DNA of 64,000 nt from Utricularia gibba. Lineage: Eukaryota; Plantae; Magnoliophyta. Where the stretch lies: positions 2,046,001-2,110,000 of the forward strand of contig NEEC01000015.1 of NCBI GenBank assembly GCA_002189035.1, written 5' to 3'. This document shows, one piece after another, positions 1 to 12,814 of the stretch. Position numbers and translations under genes: made by a program. A model generated the notes under the pieces. The model saw only the letters and a program-made list of their open reading frames with translations, was not told the origin of the DNA and made no database searches. Position 1 is the first letter of the stretch. Each line of letters starts with the position of its first letter.

Positions 1-91
1 TATGTTACTGTTCATTATAATTCACGAGAGGACTGAAATTTCCGTTAAATACCTCTTAGCCAATCTGTTCATCCGTGCTTTCCTTCTACAG

Positions 92-408
92 ATACTGTTG
101 TTGATGAGAAATCTTTCATTCAACTTGGCTAGTCCCGATTTCGAGAACCACGTAAGTACGATTTATCAGTTGCTGGATTTGATTTTTTTTTTTTTTTGCT
201 AAATATAAGAGTAAGAGATGTCAATGTGTTCCTTGCTGCTTGTTTATTTGACCCGTGGATTTGATTTACTGTCACCAGCAGTATGCAAGTTACAGTATAT
301 GACATCTCAATGTTTGCCCATAAACTTTTGCAGAGGCGGCTACTCTCCTCGTATGAGGTTGATGTGTCCGATCCCATCACCAAAATCCAGTTCCAGGAAG
401 CAGCTTAG
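92..408 (+). CDS. RVE6: REVEILLE/LCL-type MYB transcription factor, last two coding exons (5' part lies upstream of the window)
   Basis: Exon 92-151 (ctacag|...|gtaagt) reads ILLLMRNLSFNLASPDFENH. Exon 334-408 (ttgcag|) reads RRLLSSYEVDVSDPITKIQFQEAA*. This matches the recalled LCL C-terminal motif LLLMRNLSxNLxSPDFEDHRRLLSSY. Not called by the ORF track. Confidence 0.88.
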
Positions 409-1075
409 TTTGGGCAACACAAACTAAGGCAATCCTGGGGTGTTTGCTTCAGTGTCCTACACTTGGTGTCAACACAAAAGCAGGCTTGCGGGAAGCTGAT
501 ATGGTGGGTGCTTTTTCATCCTTTTGTCACCTTGTCCGTGTCACTTGTCGTGTCCCTTGTTGCTACTTGTTGGCGTGTGCATGTGTTGTGCGGAGACAAA
601 TAATGCAAGAGGGGTTTTGTTGAACGGCCCTCATCAGTTCCTGTCATCCGGAACATGCGTTCAAAGGCTCACGAGTTAAGGCTCCACCGGAGATTCTGTT
701 GTCATACAACTAGCCGCAGAGAGATAAAAGGCTTGGAATTAAAGCTTTTCATTAGATGAGGAGGATGTACAAATTCTACCAAAACATCCCGGAACCTAAA
801 ATACTTGAAACAGGATGTGCCGTGGTCACAACACGCCACATAAACAAGGATGACGTATGTGCTAGCACCAGAAAAAGGGAAAAAGAGGGAATGAGCGGTG
901 TCCAAGTCAGATTTCTAGTACTGCATTGCTATTCTGCGAGACCTGTAAAATATGAAATGGAGGGTGAAACCTCTGGTGGGAAAAAAAAGAGAAACCAGAA
1001 TCATCAGCAACCACGTCGGAAGACTTGGCAGGCCAAGTGCCTCGCACCAAAATACCAGGGCACGAAGAATGCTTG

Positions 1076-4000
1076 TTAACGAGGCCCTCGGTCACCACCT
1101 TCCCGCCTTCTGTCACTGTAATCTCTGCCTAGTTTGCGTCCCTTGCTGGAAGGTGGGGAAGTGAACCTTCGTGTATGGAACACAGGTCTGTAGCATTCGC
1201 TCGACTCCCATTCTTTGGGGGCGTGGATGTTGGCAAACCTCTGAGGTTGCCTGAATATTCTGACGGGTGATCTTCTCTTTGGATGGTCCTTTCTGTAAGC
1301 AGGATCCTCAAGATATCTATGGTTGTCCTGCGAGTGCAGCCGCCCCCTTGATGCAGATATGTAATCCTCTTCATAACTTGACTCGAAGGTTCGCTTGAAA
1401 AATGGCATCCTTGTTCTTCTATGGACCCTATCCTGGGACCTGGGGTCTGGAGATCGGGTTTGCCTTCTATGCCAGGGTGAACGGGATCTAGATTTCGAGG
1501 GGGCCCTCCTCTGCATATGTATCTGAGAGCTCCGACTAGAATTCGGGGAGAAGCTTTGGTCTCGCCTTGATGATGTAGGTGCCCCTGGCTCACCACGGTG
1601 AAAGACAAAGTCCTCAAGACCTCTGTCAGAATGATGCAAGTAGCGTCCATGGCCCCTGAAGTTGCCGGCTTCCCGAGTAAGAAGCCGACCTTTCTGAACG
1701 CATGCATAGTCTTTCCTTTCAGTAGATGGGGTCTCAGTAGCCGTCTTTGCGAGTTATCAGTTGGCCTATAATCAAAGTAATCCTGCCTTCTGCCAATTCT
1801 GCCAGTGTTTCTTGACTTCTTGAGACCAAAGGTTTCAGTATGAAACTCATATTCGGAGTTGCCACGCATTCTGGAAGCCCAAGATGACCACTCAGCTTCA
1901 CCTCTTGCACGGGAGGCAGAATTACGCCAGCCAACATGCTTGTCAAAACGGGCGCCTCCTTCAGTGTGGGAGTATGAACTTCCACGCAGATTCGATCTAA
2001 CACAGAAAGGGAATTACTATATTGACTTCCAGGGCCTCAATAAAAGATATAAAGGAGAAAGCCTTAACACACGGTACACACCTGAATGATTGAGTAACCC
2101 TAGAACCATTCACATCACCAGTATCAACTGGAGCTATTCCATCACTTCGAAGCCGGAGCTTCCTCCTGGACCCATCTGATGGGTATTGGTTCATTACTCC
2201 GATTTTGACGCCAGCATCACTGCTACCAGTCAACAGCCTTCTGTCCTTCGAATCATACTTTTCCTCAATATTTTCCATTGACTGTTCGATTGTCATGCCA
2301 GAGCCAGCATTAGATCCCTTTCCCACTCTTACATCGTTATCAAACTCGTCAATGGAAAAGTTCCTGGTCGGAGTATGTTCATCATGCCCACTCTTGGTCT
2401 CCTGCCCTTCATATCCTATTGCCGTCAGATTTCTTCCTTCCACACCATGAGAAACTTCTGAGCCACCCTCGGCTAACTGTGATACACCACAATCATCCAT
2501 ATCAGCATCATTCTCGTTTCTTCCATCAGATTCATAGTCAGCACACTCATTTTCCTCCCAGGAATACATACACGAACCCCTCAACTCCCCATCCTCGTAA
2601 AGAGAATCGTGTGCTTCTTTAGTGACCGTCAAACTGTCCCCAAGCAGGGGAGCATGTTGAGCCTTAGAAATATCATAAATCTGTGGGTCAACACTAGCAG
2701 AATCAATAATTCCATTGACCAGCAACGGGTCTGATCTGGGAATTATATCCTTGCTCAACCTGTCCATTATGCAGTTCTTTGATACTTCAGGAGTGTAATT
2801 TTTACCTTCGTGGTGATGACCAAATTCAGATATCAATGAATGGCTCTGACTTCCAGTCTCGACAGAGGAATTTCTAACAGATGTATGAGAATTATCAACT
2901 AACAAAGATATGCCCTCTTCAACAAAGATGCCTGCACCTATGAAATGGACTCAGAATGCAACAAAAATAATAAGAGATTCCAAAAAAGTACCAGGCATTT
3001 CAGACATCTTACAGGAGTTTTGACACTGTAGATCAGCTAGTTCCGACTTTCCAAGCGAAATGCCATCTTCAGTGGCTGACTGTTTGTTTTCAGAGTTTCC
3101 GGCTTTCAGACAGCCAGTCAAATTACTAAGGCAGATACCATCCTTGTGTAAATCACCATTTATCAACTTTCCATCAGGCACAGACGTGCTTGATGTACAG
3201 CATGGCTCAGAAGAAATGGACCAATCACGTTTACCATCAGCAATCATGGTGTCAATATCAGTTTTTGTATGAGAATCATGAAGCATATATTCGTCGTCAG
3301 TAGTCTCACGGAAATTATCCCCAGCACTCTTAGTTTCATTGTCAGCACTGGCAGTCTTAGTTTGATTGTCCGCAGTGCCAGTCTTAGTTTGATTGTCCGC
3401 AGTGCCAGTCTTAGTTTGATTGTCCGCAGTGCCAGTATTAGTTTGACTGTCAGCAGTGGCAGTAATAGGCAAATAATGCTGGACTCCCATTGAGGAAAAA
3501 TCTATACCCCTTTGTCTGGTGAAGGCGTGGCAGAATTATTTTCATCCAGTTTTAAGTTGCATGCTTCAGGACTTGTGTTAACACTTGTATTAATAGCACT
3601 GCTATCTACTGCAACCGTCTTAATATCAGCAGCACCAGAACAGTCCTTAGATGCAGCCACTGAATCATGTGGTTCATCCCAAGCATCCATCAGAATGTTT
3701 AAATCCCAGTGTTTTCTTCTCGATGTCTCAGACAGAACACCAACTTGAGTCCCTGTAAGGCTTGGAGAAGCACAAGCTGAATCATTTGGTATCACAGAGA
3801 AATCACCATTGCCTTCATTGGCGATCATTTTTCTAGATGAATCCCCTCCCTTGTTACGTTTTAAGCAAATCTCGGGTGGTAAAACACCATGCGATGAATC
3901 AGAAGCTAGTAGCTTCAGTGATGAACCTTCATAAGTAAGCATCTCTTTATCACTATTGTGCGAGTCACCATCCATACTTGCAGCAGCTGCCAGAAGTTCC

Positions 4001-4510
4001 ATACCTGAAAAATCTTCTGTAGAAACAACATTTAGGCTTCACACATCAAAGCAAAGTATTTTACAATGAAACAACCAAAACTCGAAAGGAAATATCCTAC
4101 GGACTGGCAGCCAGTGGATCTCTAACCTGAGGAACACCTGGGGTAAGTAAATGACCCGCTTTCTTCAAAAGAAGAAGACAACAGAGCAACGGAGTCTTTA
4201 CAAAGGAGGTGCCTCCTTTTCTTGATGGGAACGCTGTCTAACATACTGGAGCCTGCTTGCCCCAAAAGACCTTCACTAACCTGCAAATACAGAAAGGTGA
4301 ATGGTATTAAGAGTAGTAGATTCAATATATCAGAACAAACTGAATTTGCAGAAGTACCTTGTCAAAATCAGACCCAACAAAATCTCCCAATTGTGAAGCA
4401 CTGTTTGTGCGTCTGCCCAATGACCTTGCGCTCCTACCTTTCTTAACAGATTTCCATCTCAATTTCGGAATGTTGGAGTTCATAGGCTCAAGGCCCAAAT
4501 CGCCATTCAT
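1076..4510 (-). CDS. Large uncharacterised plant protein (At5g13590-like), RS/R-rich C-terminus; multi-exon with two apparent +1 frameshift errors
   Basis: ATG at 4510. GT-AG exons join ORFs 4322-4567, 4122-4325, 3502-4002, 2951-3490, 1997-2905, 1129-1869 and 1076-1639. Recalled family motifs PIKKRR and WDLNxxMDAW are present, plus a SKSRSRSP/RRSP-rich tail. Frame breaks at 3507-3510 and about 1728-1731. Confidence 0.75.
3323..3457 (-). repeat. Coding tandem repeat, 5 x 27 bp (TADNQTKTG-like nonapeptide)
   Basis: Units encode TADSQTNTG / TADNQTKTG / TADNQTKTG / TADNQTKTA / SADNETKSA. The two central units are identical at DNA level. Confidence 0.95.
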
Positions 4511-5159
4511 TTTTGCAGAACGAAGAATATATCCATCATCAAGCAGCTTGCAACGATCCCAGCTCACTTTCTTTTGTCGATATCCACCTTATGGTACAAA
4601 CACCCTGCAAGAAAAAAACTTAGGAACAAAAAATAAAAAACCGATAAAGCAAGGATGTGATGTAGCCATGCTGAAGAGTTGCTGACACAATATTGACAGG
4701 ATTACAACATAGGAGTGGGTTATTCCCTCCACCACTCTTTCCCCGATGAACAAACAGAATTTAAGTAAAGTTTTCAAGACATTGAAAAAAGAATCAGCGG
4801 GAGTATCTGCACACTCATTAACTGAACCCCAGAAATTGAGCGATGTCCCAATTTTTTGTTCTTATGTCATTCCGCAGTCTCTTTGGCCCCAGAACCTCTA
4901 ATCACGAATGTATCGTAGAACAATGCCAAGGAAGCTTGATTTCAAGCGGTCACTCACTACGACTAGGCCTTTCACCAAGGCATTCCCGGCCACAGATCAC
5001 GGGGTATCGTATATCTGTTCTAAGAAGTATTGACCTTGAAGGTGCAATTTCTGTTCGCGTTATAATTTACCCAACATTCAACAAAAAGGTCTCTTTCTCT
5101 TAAAGCCAGCGACGCCTTCACCAACGATCTTGAACCGCAAACACGAAATCAGTATACTG

Positions 5160-5168
5160 AAACCCTAA
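5160..5168 (+). promoter_or_regulatory. Telo-box (AAACCCTAA) in the 5' region of the At5g13590-like gene
   Basis: Exact AAACCCTAA between the ATG (4510) and the GC-rich putative TSS region (about 5400-5600). Function is inferred only. Confidence 0.35.
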
Positions 5169-7760
5169 CTGACACTCCGAGACCACAGATCTCGATAGAG
5201 AAAGAGGATTCCAAGCCTTAGGACACGAAGGCGAAAGGTAAAACAGCCAACACATAGATTACGCATACTACCAAAGAATCTCGTTAGGCTTCATCATATA
5301 TACCTGAATCACCTGTTCAGGGATCTCAAATCTCATCCGACGGAGTCCAATCAATCCACCTTCCCGATCTCACAACAGCCGCGACCTCCCTTGTCGACTC
5401 CTCAGAAATTTTGAAAGCGGAAATCCTTCCAAAACCAGCCTATGCGCCGCCACGCACTGATGCCTATTCTCACATATGATCCACGTCGCCGTCCGATCTC
5501 AAACCACCGCGTAGCAATAACCTACCTATTCAGACCCCGAAGACTAAACAGCTTTTGTCCAGAGCACACCGACGTGGAGGCGATGAGGAATCAGCTGACG
5601 GAGGGAGGAGTAAATTGTGCGCATCCACCGCCACTTTATGCTCCTCGAGTGACGATAACAACCTTGCTGTTTTCAATACAATGACGAATGTACCCTCTTT
5701 GCCCTAGTTTCTTTCCAAACAGAACTCGCTGTCGGTCCCGTAGTTTCAGGCAATCACGCATCAACGGCTGGGATGACTCCCCCATGAGATCCATGGCTTA
5801 CTTTTTTCCTAATTATTTATTCTTTTCTTTATCCCATGAGTAATGATTGACGATAATTTAATTTAACTACTAACCACCTCATTGTAATACTCTTTCTATT
5901 CTTGAAAATTTTAGTATTTAATTTTAGAAAATCATTACAATAACTTTTAAGTTATGTAATATTAGATTAAAATATTACTTAAATAAGATTTATTTATCAT
6001 ATATTTGAAAAATGAAAAGATAATGTTGTATTTTACTATCATGATAATTAACAAAATCCATTTAATATATGACATTTTATTTAATATCAAATGAAATATT
6101 GAATAAAAAAGGTGTTTGGTTTGGTAATTTTAATATATTTTACGAAGATTTTATAACATCTAATCACTACTTAAGATACATTATTTAACATAAAATAACG
6201 AAATCAAATCTCTCACACTTCACCGTCCCAAAAACACGACAAGACATTGAAATATTCTCATTGAAAATGATTACTAAAATCCACTACTTAACAATATCCA
6301 TTTCAGATAAAATTGTTACACATTTATTGTATAATAAATATTTTTTTCAGTAAAATTGTTGTGATTGAAATATTTACAAAAAAAAAAAAAAAAATGAGAT
6401 GAGAATCCGTAACTTAAAAACTAAGAATTGTTTGTCACATGAGATGAATGATTTTCATCATAGAATCTACTTAGGGTAGGTGAAGTCGAGTTACATACCC
6501 TTCTAAATGATTATACATTGTATAAAGGTTTAGACTCATTGTGTGTGTTATAGATTGTACAGATGCACATCTTTCTAAATGAGCTGTTTCGCCTCTGCCC
6601 TGTTTTTAAATACGAGTTTTTTCATCTCTACTCTTCATTGTTTTAGAATTCTTGTGTTGAGTGATTTGATATAATCTAATTTTTTCAAATTGAATCAATA
6701 ATTTTTATAAGAAATTTAAAACAAGTTTAAATTTAAACAATTATTTATATTTTTCATGATATTTTTACAATGAATTGATTTGAATTCAATTTATATTTCA
6801 AAGACATTTAAACTTAAAATCTTAACCTAAAAACTATCATGACTTATGTTCTACTTATATGATATTGTCAATGAATCATTACGGTTTTACAATGTTTTCT
6901 TTTTTTAAAAAGGTCTTGCATAAGATTAAAAAGATCTCTTTATTTAATCATATTTATTATTTCATCTGTAACTAATGTGAGATATTGTTACAATGACTCT
7001 AATCTTTTAAAACATTGCTAAAAAAGAGATGGAAAAAGAAACATGCGGTGCCTGAGCATATTTTCTCAAAAACAAAATAGAGAAGAGGGAATATCGGGTC
7101 GGGTTATTTTACTCGGTTATTATCCATCCCATTCCCATCATTAATTTTTGTTTCCTGGCATTATTTATTTATTTATTTATGGATACGGGGTAGCGTAACA
7201 GTAATAAATAGTGGTTATTAAAAATACTAGCATTAGCAATAAATAATAAAAAACAATAATATTAATATAGCAACAGTATTATTATTTATAGTAGTAATAG
7301 GAATAGTATTTAATGTGTGCCCCCCAGCAATCTAAACTTAGGCTATTCAATGTGCCTTATGAACCTTTCTATGCATTTCTTAACATTTTTTTCTTTTTTG
7401 AATAATAAATGGCTTCATTTTTTTCACCATTTTTATTCAAATAAATAAATAACATTTGGATGAGTTAGGGGAAATAACGGAAAACGTGCCGTCAGAATCG
7501 GGTCACGGAGGTTTTCCTGGGTCAATTACGTTTTTACCCCTAGAAGTATTAATGGAAAAAGGTACACAAACGAAAAACTCATTTAATTGTTGCAATTTGT
7601 AGGAGTAATGGAGGAGCATTTTCATGCGTTGTATGTTGGGAAATGACGGTTTTGGCCTCGGCGGAATTGTGCGCGTCTGGATTCCACATCTTTGAACCCC
7701 TCCTCTATTTAGCGTTTGCCGCCCATCTTCAGGACACGTATTTGCTTTCGTTTCGTGGAG

Positions 7761-8033
7761 ATGGGTTTCTGCCAATTGGCGCTGCCGGAGGATCAACTCC
7801 CCGTTGGACTGAAGCAGCCGCTGCTTCTCCCCAAAGATGTGGAAGAATACTACGACGCTGCGCCCAAGACCCCGACGGCGCGTGAGTCAAGGATACCCGA
7901 AAACCTCCCTTGCCCTCCGCCGCCGAGGAAGCGGCGGGTCACCTTCTCCGCCAACCGCTGTGGGGAAAACCTGGAGTTCTTTCATTTGTCGGAGGACCTG
8001 GAATCCATCTTCATCCACCGCCCCAAGTGTTAG
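7761..8033 (+). CDS. SMR: SIAMESE-RELATED (SMR) cyclin-dependent kinase inhibitor, 90 aa, intronless
   Basis: MGFCQ... with SMR motifs KTP, RIP, CPPPPRKRR and FF..SEDLE.IF. ATG at 7761; the ORF track started at an upstream non-ATG codon. Confidence 0.88.
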   Translation: MGFCQLALPEDQLPVGLKQPLLLPKDVEEYYDAAPKTPTARESRIPENLPCPPPPRKRRVTFSANRCGENLEFFHLSEDLESIFIHRPKC

Positions 8034-9299
8034 TTTTCTTGTGCTGCTTCTCCACGATGTGCTGTTCCCTGTCGGCTCAAAAAACAAACACGTGTTTCAT
8101 TTGTTGTACTCACGTTTCTAGCAGGGAAAACTATTCTCCCAAGAGCATGTGCAAATCCTTTGCTTCATGTCTTGCGCAGATGTGTTCTTCTTAAGCACCT
8201 TTAAATTTAGTTTTGATCAGATTGCTCTTACACCATCATCAGTATTCAAATTCAAACAACCCCACTCTCCACATTCACCCTGTTAGAATCGAGTCTGTAA
8301 AATGATTAGGTAATGTAGAGCTGAGGGTTTAGGACAACAATGTGGCTGCCTTTGTAAGACAACTAAGAGAAATAAAAAAAAAGAGGGAATGGGGTGGTGT
8401 GGTGTCTGGTTTGAAGATGAGGTGTTTGAGAGTCAGGAACCTGTCTGTGATTCGGGCAACAAGAAGAGAACAAGCAATCGTGTGATGCAGAGTGTATCGA
8501 CAGAAAGCGGTTAAAAAGAAGTGGGTCGCAGTAAAAACACCCACACTTTTCAGACTCTTTCAAAGATGGCTTTTCCGCATCCGCTTGTTTTTGACCAATG
8601 GGCATTGCGCAGAGGCGGTTCTCACCCCTGCTTTCCCTTTTTGTAGAAAAACTAATCCTGTTTCTTACCCGAAGTGGGTTTTACCTCGTGCTGTAAACCA
8701 GGTGACTGGGGCAACCAAACAGAAGAGAAATACAAGAATGCCAGCTAAAGTGATTGCAGTAGCACAGGAATAAACCAATCACCAATCTATTACAAGAGGC
8801 ACTTGCTCCACTTACTGTATCACAGTTAAAATCATACTCTGCTGGCTTTATAAAACAAAAAACTGTGGCAGGGGGCAGGGCAGCTGGTGGGTGGGTGGAT
8901 TTATGAAGGAACGCAGAGGGGAGCCTTAAATGGAACCAAGGAAAGCGATCGAGTTGGTTTGGCTTTTTGAAAAGATGTATAGTGGTGCTCCTGTGACCTG
9001 AGCCTGAGAAGAAGTGTCTGTCTTCTGAGCAGACTGACGCCTCTGCCTCGTAACTTGGTTCACTGGATGGCAACCGAAAGGACAATCACGGAAAAGAGAA
9101 TCCAATGTGGGGTTCCCTACAGCTTTTCTTTCCATCAAACTCGTGTATAAAAAATGGAGCACTTGCTGATCACACAAAAAAAAAAAGGAAAAATGGAGCA
9201 CTTGCTTTCACTATTCAAGAAGACTTCTTGGCATCTCAAAAGGGATGCATTGTAATCATCCAACATCAACAATTAGGATGCAGATTCAAGAAAACAAAT

Positions 9300-12200
9300 C
9301 TAGCAACCAGGGCATAGTAAAATGCTAAGGCAAAGAACCCAGCATGGGAGGTGGATTATGCAGATAAAGATGTACGTAGCACTGTTCCACACCCAAAGTG
9401 ACTCCGACCAAACCCAGAAATCGCTGAATCTAAGGGTGTCGAATCCGAGTGACGCACCTTTTACCAGAATAAATGAAGCTGGAGGAAACACACAGACTGC
9501 CAAGAGCATGTTGCAGATGCCTCGGATGAGTAAGCTGGTCGTCCGAGCCTGAAAACCGAGTCTCAATGGTGCGGCAGTTAGGCACAAAGGGACAATCACT
9601 AGTGCTCCGATCTCAGCAACTGCAAAGTTTATGACGGACATTATGCACAGACCAATGAAGGTAGCAGCTAGGGTCACAGACTTTAGAAGGAACCACTCTT
9701 GTCTGGTGGATGTCGATAAACCAGCCGCTCCACGAAAGAAGAAAAGTGTGAGAATCGACATCACATTCCATTGCATAAAGTTGATGGATGGTGATGTATT
9801 CGGAATTTGGCATATAAAGCAAGGGAGTAATGCTACTACAACACCCCACAGATGAACAAGGAGTACAGTCTTTGCAGCATACAGCCATCTCCAGGATTTG
9901 AAGTTCAGGATAGATACGACAGGAGAAGAAGATGGTGTTCCATTGCTAGATAGATATGATTCACTTGCATCGCAAAAAAGAGAAGCAGAAACCAGTGGAA
10001 GAGGGGCAACTAGCAGCCCAAAGGCGATCATGTATACTCCATTTGAAACAAACCTACTTGGAGATGTCAAAAGATACAAAAAGAACGACTGATGAAATTT
10101 CTCTAGAAGATTATTCACTGAACGTAAAACCCCTTCAATCAACCTGTGGAGTAAAGACAACACTGCTCGCTTAGAAATATTCAGTGAAAAAAATTAATAA
10201 AATAATAAACACATGTAACTATTGGGCAATGACATTTTTAAGAGTGTACAAGAAAATACTAGTACGATATTAAACAGAAAAGGAACATGGACAGCTCCGC
10301 TTGAGTAACTAAAGTGTGAAAAAAAGGAAGGCTGCCTCCAACAAAAAAAAAAAAAAAAAAAAAAAAACCTGCCAACACGCATAAGATATAGAACCCTCTG
10401 GCTTGGGGAGAACTTTGATGAAATTTCAATAGTTATTGCATCAATTTGATAATCACGGAAAGGACCATGAGGACCAGTGGGCACACCTAAAGCCTGGCAA
10501 TGACACAAATAGCAGATCAATATTTGAATGCATGTGGATCAAGGCTTTGATCAAAGATATTCAAAAAATAGCCTATAGACATCTGACAGGATTGGAACAT
10601 CCTGGACACTATTTCACAACCAAATGATGATTTCTGGACACGAAAAATAATTTAATTGAGAAAATTACCTGGTTATACATAGAGCTGGCAAGAGTAGCAG
10701 AACCTTCGACATAATCCCTTGAAGGTATACCAAACTTCCATTCTGAATTTAAGGTATTAGCCAACTTTCCAACTATCTCAAGCAGTTCACCTAAAGTTTT
10801 CAGAAACCAGGAATCAAGCAATGACCAAATCTTGCCCACTCTAACTTGAAAACCCTGTCCATGTGAAGCTAAATAGTTGACAATGTTGATGAGGTCAAGG
10901 TTGGGCATCTGCCCGTTAGATGCTTCAGCATATATCTTGAGAGCATCCTTCTCAAGCTCTGTGCTCTTGTCAGCAACCTTCACTACAATTCCAGCTGCTA
11001 TAGTACCAGCACGTCTGAATCCAGTTAAAACTTGATCTTCCTTAATCGAAGCTGCTTTGTTAGATGGAAAATCACTTGAGCCACAGGATTGTGATGAAGA
11101 ATCGAAATCACCAAATGAAAGTGTGTTATAATCTTTCAACCATGCAGAAACTGCAGCATACTCCCCATACTTTGAGTCCAAAGCCACCCATACTATATCT
11201 TTCGAAAGCCAAGTGACTCTAGAAATGAGGGAGATAACCGAGTAAACGATTCCAAGAGATAGTGCTTCACCCATGGAGACCTTGGAAGAATTATACGGTG
11301 TCATAATCACAATAGCTTCTTTTCCATCACCTCGAGGAGCTCTCACCACACCAACAGTGCTGATACCATATTTCAAGCAACTACTTTTCTCCTTTCTCGT
11401 TCCAGCATCAGGAGCCAAAAAAAAGTGCAAGGGATGAAATGCAGTTGATACAGGTGGGAACTTGTGGTAATTCGCTTCACCTCCCAATTGAATAATGTGC
11501 TCTGCTATCATCTGTGAAATTTCACTTTATGAACCAAGAAGTCACAATCTAAGAAACTTTAACAGAAATCAAAGTTTTAATTTATCACAACTTCAAATAG
11601 AAGACGTCCCATGAAGATTTCCATTATACTAATTCACTTTAATTCCAAAGACCACATCTTTTAAGCTTAGCACATATCACTATGATGTGTCACCAGTTAG
11701 CAGGCACTGTAAAACGAAGAAACACAAGTGTGCTCCTCAGGAGGAAGGATAACAGAAATTAAAGCATTCATGCCAATGTGAGGGATAAATGCTGTTCACT
11801 TGTGTATGCTGGATACAAACTATAGATATACAAAGGAAAACCACCTACATGCTAGAGATACCAGATGCAGATTCCAGGCCCAATATCTTGTTCATGAGTC
11901 TTTGCCCCTCCACAGCATCATCGTTAGAGAGCATGGGACTGGCAGAACCTGCCATATGACAGTGAGCTTATCACAAGTTGGCCTGATGTGCGCATATTCA
12001 CAAAAAATCACCCAAAAAAAAATGTTCTTCAGTTGTTTATGACTCTAAAATAGAATAGTACAGATATATGAGTCGTGCGTGTTACAACCGACCTGTTATA
12101 CTCTAGTCCCCTCTATTTGATGTAATGAACTAGTTACTGATCAAACCAATGCACAACCAATAAAGAAACAGACTTTAAACTCAACTGCATATCAATTTCT

Positions 12201-12814
12201 TCCTGTCACATTAATGTCATGTGCCTTCTAAAAACATAATCTCACAAGTTGGGAGGTGAAATGGGCATCTAAAATTATACTAGCGTTTTTTGTTTTTTTG
12301 AGAAATAAATCAGATGGTTAAATCAGTTTGCAAATAAGCGGCCAGCCCTGAGTACAGTTCAAACCACGATTCTGCTGGCCAGTTCAAATATTTATACACA
12401 AAATCTGTAGTGGGTAATGAGCATGATTTCGTAAAACCCTAGAAAAACCGTTTCTATCCTTCAAACAGAAAAAAAAGTTCATAATTTTCCTCAGAAAAAT
12501 CAACTATTTAGAATCTTCATGAAAATAAACTAGTGGAAGGCAGTGGTATAACCCACCTGGCATCAGGGCATTTTCAGATACATAAGTGTTCTTGGCGAGA
12601 ACAGGCAAGAGCAGGAGAGTAACAATTCCAGCTACACAGCATATCACACTGCACTATACGTCAGACTTAACTTGCAATTCCTAAGAATGGATTGATTACA
12701 AACTTCGAAACCAGGAAGCCCTAACCTCACAACAAGGCTGTGAGCTATTAGAAAGAGCCAAATGCGTATAATTGGGCGAGGTTTGGGCTTTCCTTCCGCT
12801 TCAGCTTCCCCCAT
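9300..12814 (-). CDS. GPAA1: GPI transamidase subunit GAA1/GPAA1
   Basis: N-terminus KPKPRPIIR...LLLLPVLAKNTYVSENALMPG, plus FHPLHFF, AEASNGQMPNLDLIN, ALGVPTGPHGPFRDYQIDAIT, EGVLRSVNNLLEKFHQSFFLY and a multi-TM C-terminus. Six exons splice in frame with GT-AG. Confidence 0.95.

Noticed and set aside
6472-6602. Possible ~130-bp MITE (AGGGTAGGTGAA ... TTCGCCTCTGCCCT)
   Set aside because: The terminal inverted repeat is weak and no target-site duplication is evident. It needs a genome-wide copy search.
5750-7450. Long AT-rich tract
   Set aside because: Ordinary intergenic or promoter DNA; no ORF, hairpin or TE hallmark that I could support.
7804-7814. TTGGACTGAAG, matching the 5' end of miR319
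   Set aside because: Only 11 nt, in sense orientation inside the SMR CDS, with no fold-back; chance match.
10343-10367. A25 run (also T16 near 182-197 and A20 near 62013)
   Set aside because: Intronic homopolymers with no flanking target-site duplication or SINE/LINE body.
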